58,547 nt of DNA, from the NCBI GenBank assembly GCA_910592345.1, contig CAJVPI010000084.1, forward strand, positions 1 through 58,547, written 5' to 3'. Shown here one piece after another: positions 24,574 through 35,322 of the stretch. Every line of letters starts with the position of its first letter. Position 1 is the stretch's first letter. The position numbers and the translations under genes are program-made. The DNA is from Paraglomus brasilianum (taxonomy: Eukaryota). The notes under the pieces are model-generated. The model ran no database searches. It was not told the DNA's origin and saw only the letters and a list, made by a program, of their open reading frames with translations.

Positions 24574-26413
24574 TTAGCAACAGGCAAAAGACTCGAATTG
24601 CGGTTCTTTACAAATTAGGTATAGCATCGGATTTTATTTTTCCCAACGCTGCCCCTTTGGCATTAATGATATCATCGATAACGTTCCAGCCCTAGTTTTT
24701 ACATTAGGCTTAATCTTCTGCCGAAGTGCGCGCAGAATGTCATCATGTCCTTTTTTTTTCCCTTTTTTTTTTTTTTTCGGTAACGCTGCATTTGGTAATG
24801 GCACACATGTCCCACACTATCGTATTACACCTGTGTAATAAAAAATAATGAGCGCAGATTCCGTCTGAAAAAGACATCTTCAATGTCATTTGGCGGTTTG
24901 AATAAATCCAATAAAAACTTATCAAGCCAAAGCGATAAAGACTAGCAGGCTTTTCTGAGGTTAAAATAAATTTTTTATATTTATTTTGAAGAGCATAATA
25001 ACAATATTAGAACGACAAACAATTTTACTGTATGATTGTGCTATTGTTGTAACGATACCTAATAAAGTGTCAATATCTCCATAATAAGATTGAAGAAATT
25101 ATTTAATTTAGCTATTTATTGAATTTTGCAGAAAATGCGGCGTAAGTATACATCGATAATAGGCATTGACGATGCTTACTCAGTTTTAACATAATCGGGA
25201 GATAAGTTTATCAAGATCAGATCGTTAATCATGGCCGAGATATTTATTCCTATTGCAAATATAAGTATCGATTAATATGGAAAATTAATCAAGCAGATTA
25301 GATTTTTATCAATACTAGAAAGATCAGAAATAATTTAACGGTCGTTGTGTTTGATCAAACGATTCTATAGAGAATTTTCTAAATCATCCAACTTTAGCTA
25401 TTGCCGATAGGTACTAGCGGATTTGTCAACGCTTACTAATAAAACGATAAGTTTTTTAAAATTGTTATCGGCGTTTTTTTAAATAGTAATTTTTTAACAA
25501 TGATGTATGCTGATGAAATAATGCATACAATAAATGAGCGCATGTAACGAAAGAGTTGTCAAACAATTTCAAAATGGATATTTGCGTGTAACCAGTCTTG
25601 CTAAAGCCGATGGTAATACTCTATGTTCGATTGTGGAATAAAGAATTGAATAGAGAAGCATTTAGGATCTTCCCGACCACCGCCCCTTTTTTTGCCAAGA
25701 TATTATCTAACACATTGTAAATTTCGTGTAGCAAACAAAGTTGCTCGCCCTTTGCCAGGTGCAACTAGATGTTAAAGCTCCCAACATAAAAATTTTTATT
25801 CTGAAGTATGCACATTTTTGCATGTGGTATTGAAACTGTCATATGTTTGTCCAAATAAGAACAGCAAAGAAAAACAACCTTTCGTTAACGGCATACAACA
25901 AAATAAAACAAATAAAACTGTCGTTACCAATTCTTGAGGCTATGAATTACATATGCTGGCTTGCCTAGTGATGTTACATAAACAAAAAAATTTTTTTTTT
26001 TCGGCCGAAATATGATACATGCAGCCGAGTATAATGCGTGTTATCTTTCGGTACATACACGGATGTTGAAAGAACGGTTTAACATAACAATTTCTGGTAA
26101 TAATATTTGCAATGTTAACGTTAAATAACTTAGGAATTCTCTATACCTAAAATCGATCGCAAATATTTTTAGGTATTATATTATTTATGTTTAATTTCTT
26201 AATATTTGCAGTAAGTGTAACAATTTAATTTTTCCAGAAAATTTTGTTCAACAATTAATACACTTATACATAAAATCACAACAACAAACATGTTTCAGCT
26301 TTTTGTAACGATTGAGAGCATTACTGCGGTCTCTTTTATTAAATTGCGAGGCTGTGTAAGTATATTAGTTATACTATAATACCCAAACTACCTTTAAATT
26401 TGTTGCTTACAAC

Positions 26414-26476
26414 TGTTTTACTCAGTTGGGGGACCTGTCCCGAGACATGAGGCAAGTCCCAAACTCAGACACAACA
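26414..26476. mobile_element. Minimal (63-bp) copy of the Ginger-like MITE
   Basis: CAAC|TGTTTTACTCAGTTGGGGGACCTGTC ... AAACTCAGACACAACA|TAAC; TSD matches at 3 of 4 bases. Confidence 0.7.
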
Positions 26477-27257
26477 TAACTATAGTAATAGGACGTTTAA
26501 GCTTGCTTTTTATATCAACCGTCTTAAATAGAGAAGACTTTTTGTTTAAACACTGTAGTTACATATTAACTTAGTTTTACCAATATTTTTAGTTAGCAGT
26601 TTACAATTACACATTGCCCTGCTGACTCTACTATTCTTTTTGGAAGCATTAATCTATCACAGTCCCTAATGCACATTCTCACTGTTCTGCAAGTGCAACA
26701 GATTTCGCAATCCCGGTTATTATATGAAAGTAATCTCCGACGTACACACGTGACCCGATCTGTTAAGTCGCATGATGTTACGTGACATATATTAGCGAAT
26801 CAATCCTGATACTCTCTAACATCAGTCATATTTTAAATTACTTTTGTTAATTATAATATATTAGCTGAGACACTAAATATAATCAACAAATAAATTTAAG
26901 GATACATTTGCATAGTCAGCATGGTAACAATTTGTTAACTAATTGCTAGCTTGATAATTATATTAAACCATTGTCTTTCAATAAACGCTATACTTTGACC
27001 ATACTTCAAAATAAGATTACTTTATCAGATGTTCAAAAATATGAACTTTATCTGTATGTTTGCGATAATGAGATAACTTGAACAGAATATGCTAACTGGG
27101 TTAAAAACAATGGGAAATCAGAGTTAATGAATATACAAAAAAAACAAAACAAGTAAACATAGCAAATATTCTTGAAAGATATATTAGAGAGAGAAAAGCA
27201 TAGATCAGTATTTTACGCAATGATTATGAAACTAATAAAGCACAATACAACATATTA

Positions 27258-27444
27258 CACAGTGAAAGCCGATATAACGGACCATCGATATAACGGACCG
27301 TCAATAAACGGACCTTTTCTCTGGAACAAAATTTGTTGACTAAATAGTATCTGATATAAACTCACAAGTCGATATTATGGACTCGTCAATATTACGGATT
27401 ATAACGCAGGTCCCGAACAGTCTGTTATATCGACTTTCACTGTA
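27258..27444. mobile_element. pogo/Tigger-type MITE, TA TSD
   Basis: TA|CACAGTGAAAGCCGATATAAC ... GTTATATCGACTTTCACTGTA|TA, with internal GATATAACGGACC subterminal repeats. Confidence 0.8.
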
Positions 27445-27799
27445 TATTATTTATTTGTATCACGTGATTTACCAGTATAAACTCCAGGCGCTCTCAAATT
27501 TTCAGTCCTGAGGGTGTAAGAGTTGGCTGTAATACATTTAAATTTCGAAATTAATGTTTTTAGCTAAAATTGTAGGTTTACAGAACTCAAATTTGTTTTT
27601 ATTTTCAAGAAATGCTGGTAACTTTCTATCAGACAAAAATACAAGTTTGGATTTTACACATTGGACTGATACAAAATCCAAGTATTAGTGCGTTACCCAT
27701 ACCAGAGACAAATTTAAGCTGCTAAATGTAAAATTCAGCACAATTTCAAAATTATAGACACAAACTTAACAAAAAATTTGGTAAGTAATAAGGTTTTAG

Positions 27800-28259
27800 C
27801 TTCTTCATTGAATTTGATGCTGCTGCGAACCAATTTGTTTCATATGATTTATCTTCTATTTTTCTATATCACGCAATAATCGTCCATGAGCAACAGATTA
27901 TTTCTTTATGTTGTCATTACGATTTTGTTCTTTGGTATCTCTACTTCCTCATTAGGGCTATCTGTATCTGATGATTCATTATTCTCTCGAAGAACCAAAT
28001 TGATTATCTCTTTATCGTTTACTAAGCCTTCAATCCGGAAATTTTTCTTGCGTCGCATGGTAATAATTGTCGCGGCTGATGCTGAATGAGCTATGGTTAC
28101 ATTTATTAATATACCCAATAAATCTTGACTTCACCGGTATAAAGTAAAAACAGAGTTATTAAGATTCAGCCGTTGTAAGGGTTGAGATTAATATGGATTT
28201 TTTTGGTGCAGCAAAATTGGACCGGTATAAAAAAGGCCAGTATAGACAGAGTTTGACTG
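27800..28259 (-). mobile_element. Internally deleted pogo/Tigger-like element: terminus plus an acidic transposase-C-terminus-like remnant
   Basis: Terminus ...GTATAGACAGAGTTTGACTG|TA resembles the 9259 MITE end. Minus-strand peptide EGLVNDKEIINLVLRENNESSDTDSPNEEVEIP resembles Tigger/Jerky acidic tails. Confidence 0.45.
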
Positions 28260-28474
28260 TATTTTCCCATCTACTAAAATTTGTCCAACTTTTCAATATT
28301 TTTAGGCATACATTTCTACATTATTATTAATGGTTTTTTACCGTAGAAAGTAACATTGATTAATTTACCAATTTTTTGCTCACTGCTATTGTTTCCATTG
28401 TATGCAGAGTGCGACCAATGATAATTAAGGTCCTGTCGGCGCGAGTGGTTTGGCGATTTTTGGTACGTGTATAT

Positions 28475-28561
28475 GATTCAGCCATTATAAGGAGATTAAT
28501 ATATAATCTTTTGGTGCAGCGAAACCGGTATAAAAAAGGCCGGTATAGACAGAGTTGACTG
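28475..28561 (-). mobile_element. Second solo pogo-like terminus, a direct duplicate of 28163-28259
   Basis: GATTCAGCC...GGTGCAGC...ACCGGTATAAAAAAGGCCGGTATAGACAGAGTTGACTG|TA. Confidence 0.6.
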
Positions 28562-28790
28562 TAATAGTAATATTAATAGTAACATGACTGTCTACCAGAA
28601 CCATAATACAATAATACGAAAACATTGTTCTATAACGTGATATGCAAAGAAACGTATAAAAGAGATTTTTCCCTTGGACCCAACGGATCGGCGGAGAAGT
28701 ACGTGTATCACATGTTTGTGTAAGTAAAACGTATAAACAGGGCGGGCACAGATCGTCGCGACTCTTCTTTCACTAAATCACACGAAAAAA

Positions 28791-31700
28791 ATGGACCAAA
28801 AACCAACCTGGGAATTTACGTGCAAATATTGGGAAGACCATCCTGGAGCTTCCCCGGGAAAGATCGAAAGAGCATATCAAAAACACCTCAAGACACTTGG
28901 TAAGCAAACAAGCGACACAAGTTTATTGGGAGGATAGAGGAGCAACGGAGAGAAGAGTTCGAATACTGTTACTGGTTTTGTGCTATATTGCAAGAGGCAG
29001 TTGGGCGTTATTAGTTGGGGCAGTGCTGAATCGTAGCAAAGGTTAGGTTTGACCGTCCATTGCTGTTTTGTCTTCTTAAGGTCCCTCAAAAATAACAAAG
29101 CCACGGGACGACGGTAAGTGCATGAAATTTTGTATCGTTCCATATGAATTTGCCTGACGTTGTGTTTTCTTGAAAATAGTTCTTGATATAGCATTCACAA
29201 TCCCGTTCAGTTCGAACATCGATTATACCGCCGAGTTAGCGGCAATTAGGATCGATCAGAGATTCTTCGGAATATTTTAATTACCTTGCGGTAGTCCAGT
29301 CATCTGGATATGGTAAAACGAGGGCCATACATGAACTGGCAAAACTATATCCCATGATATACCTGTGTTTCCGTTCATCCATATCAACTGGATATCCAAA
29401 AGCAGCGACACACAGTTTGACATTAAAGAACGAGATCGATTTTTGCAACACAATAGGCTGTAGCTAACAGATGGCTTGCTGCAATAGTTATTACATTTCT
29501 GGACAAGAGCGATGTTTATAATAAGATGGATGGGAAGAAATATCACCAGCACATACTAGAAGATAGAGAAAGCAAGGTAATGCATAATTATTATTTACAT
29601 TTATGTTATACAGTATGCAGTGAAATACCCATGAGAAAAAACACAAGCAGTATCAAGCAAAAGAGTTCTGGGATGCCATCTATCAGAAGAAAAAGCAGAT
29701 TGATATACAACCCACCTTGACCTTGAACCAGTTCATAATAATATGCTTTGATGAAGCCTCTGTACTTACTGGTAAAAGTTTTTATGTTCTTTGCTGAACA
29801 CTAGACATCAATTCTGAATCCTCATTGGTTTGTTAGAAATGGATGATTGGAAGGTCTTCAGGGCGATTTGCAGAACCCTTTGCAACCAACAGGAGAACAT
29901 TGTTGGAATTTTTGCAGATACAAATTCATCAATTGGTGACTTAGTACCTGCTCAAGACAAAGATGACTCTGTAAGTTCAAACATGTGACATTTTTCATGT
30001 TATGACCTTTATTTATTTTGTTTATTGTTGTGGAAATTCAAAGGCAAGGGATCTGAATCTTCATGCTCACAGACCATTCATTCACATTGCTTCAATGGAT
30101 TGCTTAAGGTTTGGATCTGACTGTCTTTGCAGGTGTCAGTTGGAGTGTTTAGTATTTTAGTAACAATATCTGTTTATTACATAGCAATACAAGCTACTCT
30201 GAAGAAGAAAAGAAGATGGGCTACAATATTGTTGTTATGGTCAGCCATTGTGGCAGTCTATGTGGAAAGGCATGATATATGATGCACCATATGAGAGGTA
30301 TTGCTACTTGGTGGACATAGCAATGACAAAACTATGTGGTGGAACTCTTAATTGGACAAAACACTGACAACAATCTGCAACAGCCCTGATGGCCTACACT
30401 GTTTGCATCTACATCTATCCTCTATCATGCATGGCAAGAGACTTAGTCAAATCACATATGGCAACAATAATCACTGCTGAGGACTCTGGTAAGAAACATT
30501 TTATTGGATATCCATCAGAACCAATGTTATCAGAAGCAGCATTGACACTGCTATCAAAGCCTGGCATTGAGCTTGATGTACTGAAGGAGCTAGATTTAGT
30601 TAGAAAAAAAGGTGGGGTTATTATTATTGATACTGGATTGGAGTTATTTATGTTTTGCTGATTGTTTCAATCAAGAAAAACTGTGTGTAAGAATACTGCT
30701 GCTAAGTACAAGGCATCAGCAGATACTATCCTTCAGAGAAAATTGTGAGGTACATATTGAAACTCTCATTTATATACCTTAATCATGGTTATCTTACTGT
30801 ATCTCCTTTCATGTAAAGAATTATCCAGCATTCTCTGCCCACCAACCAGTTATTGCATACCTTCATGAACTGTTCTCTTCCAAGTTTCCCCATTAGAATT
30901 TTCAACATCTGGTAGCATATGATATAAGTTTTACACATTTCATTGCACTTGACCATACCCCAGATGAATCCACTTTGCAGCACTGTTGGGATTGAGGTGC
31001 AGCTATCATCTACTAGTGCAACCAGCCAGGTGCAGATATTGCACTAGTTATGTGCCACCGAAATAAAAAAAAGTTTGCAGTATTAAATATACAGGTAACA
31101 GTCTTTTTACTATAAACTACAACCATTATTGTGCTCTGAAGGAAGGATTGTGTCTTGTCTAGGTGAAAAATCATACAAGACCTGAAAGCAGAAGTGTGCA
31201 GAATTATGCTGTTGCTACTGGCCTCTGGACATCAATAACACTGTGTAAAACATGTGCACATTTAGAGAATTCTTCTGTTGGTATTTATATTCAAATTGGT
31301 AGGAGGAAGTTGATATATTTTTATACCAGTTAATGCTTTGTGTGGTCAGTTTATTGACTATGTGTATGAATTGGATAGGTAAAGCATATGCAAATAACCC
31401 AAAGTTTGAAACATACTATTATGGTAAAGGAAAAAATCATTGTGGAAAGATGATGTTTAACTTTTCTAACAATACTGAGAAAGCAAACAGGTTGGTAGTT
31501 CTTGGCTTGAGTTGCTTCAAGCTTGATCAACAATATTATGAGGTCATTCAGAGTCTCCTGCAGTCCTGGATTGATATATCAATGATCTGTAGACCAACAG
31601 AATTCAAATTCATATGTAGGATGTTTCCAGTTGTCTATGGCTCTTGTGCTACCAAAAGGTAACAGGAATATTCCTTTTTCTTCATAGCAATAAGACTTTG

Positions 31701-31842
31701 TAATTAATGCAAATATTTCAACAGGGCAAAGGAGATAAATGATGATAGTGATGAAGATGCAAAGGATTATTTGATTAATAAAAGATGGAAATCTGATGAA
31801 CAAGTGGAACAAGATGAGGAATGGTCTGAAGAATATGAATAG
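28791..31842 (+). pseudogene. Multi-exon Crinkler-related P-loop NTPase + PD-(D/E)xK nuclease pseudogene
   Basis: Walker A YLAVVQSSGYGKTR (~29282-29323), YLCFRSSISTGYP, Walker B IICFDEAS (~29738), GIFADTNSSI, YGQPLW, GYPSEPMLSEAA, nuclease NQPGADI...LNIQ|VKN (31020-31170) and an acidic tail. Contains frameshifts and stops. Confidence 0.75.
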
Positions 31843-32083
31843 TGTGCATGTGGATATGTTGCAATTTATGCATTCTCTCAGCGAATTTTAAATAAAAGCT
31901 CTTAACTATGCCTTCTCTCTGAGCAAGCTCACTTTATTGTTATGTCATGAGTTTACATATATCATGTCCATGCTGTCCTAAGGAATATGATTCGTCCTGA
32001 ACCAGTTTAGCTTTTCTATTTTCTTTTTTGAAAACTGGATCATGATAAAGAAGTGATAAAACTATATATAAGATTACCTGTAT

Positions 32084-32875
32084 ATGAAAAATTGTGAATA
32101 CAGTGATTCGCGTTTCTTGGAGAATGCAACTGCGGTTGCTCAGAAAAGATGCCGAGAAAAGTTTGCTGAATTACGTAAAACGTTTCAAGCTCTCTCTAGA
32201 TCCGAACAAGACATATTTTTAATGGCTCAACTGAAAACAATGAATGGTGGAGAAATAACTGCCAGCCGACGTCTTAAAAAGAAAATGCGTAATAATAAGC
32301 GAACGTTTTACTACTGAGATCGCAATACGCCCTTTGTCAGAAAACGTATCTGAATGTTAGGAATTGGTTGCACTTTGAAAACACCTAGCGACGAATGGTA
32401 TAATACCGCGCGTTCGTGGTAATGTAAAAAAAGTGCCGCGATGGAAAACCAAAATAACCAATTTCTCGAGAATTATGCTGAAATTCATGAATTACCAAGT
32501 CCCGGTAGAAACGTCAACCGAACTACTCAATCTTGCCAGCTGAGACGAGTTACAAGGGGTCCGGTTCATTTATCGACAATCATTTCACCGACAGTACGTT
32601 TCACCGACATAAATTTCATCGAAAACCAATGATAAGTGCGATAAACAATGTGTCACGTGAAATGACTGTCGGTGAAGTGTACTGTCGGTGAAATGATTGT
32701 CGATGAAATAAATGCCTCCCGTTACAAGTCGGGATATCGTAATTTTATTGCAGGTCTCGAAAATAGCACGTTAAAATTATTAAAATATGATGCGTTTCGC
32801 AAGTTATGGCACCAGTTAACGGCTTATATTCAAATCATGAGTCCAAGAACGAATTTATATGATCTCCAATTAATG
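32084..32875 (+). pseudogene. Sola2-like transposase relic, interrupted by a MITE
   Basis: EQDIFLMAQL...CQKTYL, FLENYAEIHELPSPGR, LPAETSYKS and FRKLWHQLTAYIQIMSPRTNL, broken by stops and frameshifts. Superfamily call is from remembered motifs. Confidence 0.6.
32557..32720. mobile_element. GGG...CCC-ended MITE with 8-bp TSD GTTACAAG
   Basis: Long imperfect TIR (ATCGACAATCATTTCACCGACAGTAC / GTACTGTCGGTGAAATGATTGTCGAT); TSD at 32549-32556 and 32721-32728. Confidence 0.85.
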
Positions 32876-32956
32876 AATAAATTACACATGCATACATCAC
32901 TAAGCTCAGAAAGGGGAAATGAACGTTAATTTTGGGCTTTGCTAATATTAAGATAC

Positions 32957-32958
<2 letters not shown>

Positions 32959-32994
<36 letters not shown>
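32959..32994 (+). repeat. Poly(A) run, 36 nt
   Basis: Read directly from the sequence. Confidence 0.95.
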
Positions 32995-32995
<1 letters not shown>

Positions 32996-33644
32996 GAAAA
33001 AACGGATGAGTAAGAGACCCCAATATTTAAAATTAATACGTCTGAAAATTGCATAAACGTATATTATTATGTAGACAGTAAACTTAATGTAATTAAGGTC
33101 TGAACTGCTTGATAACCAATTAATTACTTCTGGAACATTTTTCTTTAAGGTAATATGACTGATTTCATTCAGGGTTATTATTCCAGTTGTTTCCAACGCG
33201 TGTTTGAATTTCTAGCTTGGGTTTTGAATATTTCGACGTAAAATACACCAGGCATAATATATCTTGGAACTATATGTATATTTTATGTAGGAAAAAATTT
33301 ACACGCGGAATAAACATTTTTCTTACTATTAAGATATTGCTTAAAATAACAAGCCTTTTTAGAAGTTTAACAGCCCAGCCCTTAAATTTAGTTTCTTTTG
33401 GGAATATTTGCCTATAGATTCAGGGAGCAAATTTTTATTTATAGATTTAATTTCTATGGTTTAACTCATAATTACTCTATTCACATCAAGTTGACAATCA
33501 TTTTTATTTACTTTGGTTTATTTTTCAATTCAATAATATTGTTATAGGCCATTTGAATACGTCTTATAAATATACTGTACTGTTAAAAGTAACCATCCGG
33601 GACATGTCTTAACATTTCCCCTGTGTATAGGCGTATTATAGCCC

Positions 33645-34011
33645 TGATTATACCTGTAAAATTTTAGCTCGCTCGGCAATTTGTCAAGCTCCAAGTGTTT
33701 GATTTTCGAGACATATCAAACCCATGCGCGATTTTGGTAAAAGTTCATGTATCTAACCAAATTTAGTAATATTTTTTTGACCAAATTGCTGTGGCATGAT
33801 GATGCTGATTGGATATCATGCGCGTTTATTGCCAATATAGCAAAAAATTTTTAATTCAACCACATATCCCAAGGGACACGTAGAGACAGCACTAAAAAAA
33901 CGTGGAGATATGGATTTTGAAGTTCATGTTTTATATGTTTTCGAGACGATACAGAATGTTTAAAATCTTTGCTAGAGGCATCTGAGCGAGCTAAAATTTT
34001 GCGGATAATCA
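33645..34011. mobile_element. Probable non-autonomous TIR element
   Basis: TGATTAT..GTAAAATTTTAGCTCGCTC versus GAGCGAGCTAAAATTTTGCGGATAATCA form an inverted pair; no clear TSD. Confidence 0.5.
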
Positions 34012-35168
34012 AATTTCAGATTAAATCAGTAAGCAGTCAGAAAAGCCGTTTGCTTTAAAAACTTTAAATTATCTACTTGGAAAGACATGCAGGTATTTTT
34101 GTAATCGCGATAGGTCTTAAACTCTAAATTATAAAATTTGTTCTGTTTCATAGCATTAAGCACCGTTGATTAATAATAGCGCTATTTCTGATTTGTTTGT
34201 TGCCCGTATTATTATTAGTAATCTATAAATCATTAGACTTGAAGACTCGTACTTATAAATTTGTGTTCATCAAGCACGTGGTTAAATTGTTCGGGCGGAC
34301 TAGATAATCAGAATGCGGGACGTAGCATTCTGTGTTTAATTGTACCGGTGTATTCCCTAAGCTATTAGTTAGCTTTGCGATTTTTATTAGATAATGTTTA
34401 CCGATTGTATTTTTCTTATTTACTCCAGCTTGCCAATCTATTCACTCTTTTGCGAAAATGTATCAATAGATTTTATTCAATATAAGTCCAAATGAAAGTC
34501 AATTTTGCAAGATGCGACATATTAGAGACGCTTTTGAGATCTGTAAGCAAGCATGTGGGTTATTTATTATGGTAACGGCTGGTAATATAAGGAATATTTT
34601 GATGACGAAATTTGGCATTCAAGAACTTTTTTTTTTATTGTGCAAAGAAAGAGATAGCATAAACCGCTACCCAACAGTGAAAGGCTCTCTTATTAAATCT
34701 TCATACGTACTGTATTTTCTTCATTAACAATATAATTTAAACGTCTTTGACATCTAAATTTCTTCCATATTTGTCCTGTTAAATCAGATGGTGAAACGTA
34801 AGCAATGGCGTTTAAGATGACGCAAACCTGCCTATTTGTGGCGCATATCCCCCCCTAATATCGCCCACATGAAATTGATGCAAGGGGCGAGAGAAAGCGA
34901 GAAGAGCCGTTCATAGTTTAAACCATATACAAATGTAGCATAGCATTACTCCGAGAGGTTGATATTCATGTGTTTCTAGCAAACACGGATTAGCCAAGAA
35001 CACAGAGCGTTATTATGACGGATCAAGCGTAATGACATACATTCACATGGGAAATGGCGATTTTGGGGGCTTCGTATCTATTTCGAAGACACTCTTCGGT
35101 GACCTACGTAATCACTCTAATAACTTTTCAACATAAGCTACCATTCAAATTAATTGCACAACCAGTTA

Positions 35169-35322
35169 CAAGTGGGCCTCGATATAACGACACGCTCGCT
35201 ATGTCGAGAATGTTCTTATATCGAAAATTAACTTACATACGACAACTAAGCAATATAAATTTTTGTTGTCGTTATAACAAGATGTCGTTATATAGCAGTG
35301 TCGTTATATCGAGACTCACTTG
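35169..35322. mobile_element. pogo/Tigger-type MITE, TA TSD
   Basis: TA|CAAGTGGGCCTCGATATAACGACAC ... GTGTCGTTATATCGAGACTCACTTG|TA. Confidence 0.85.
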
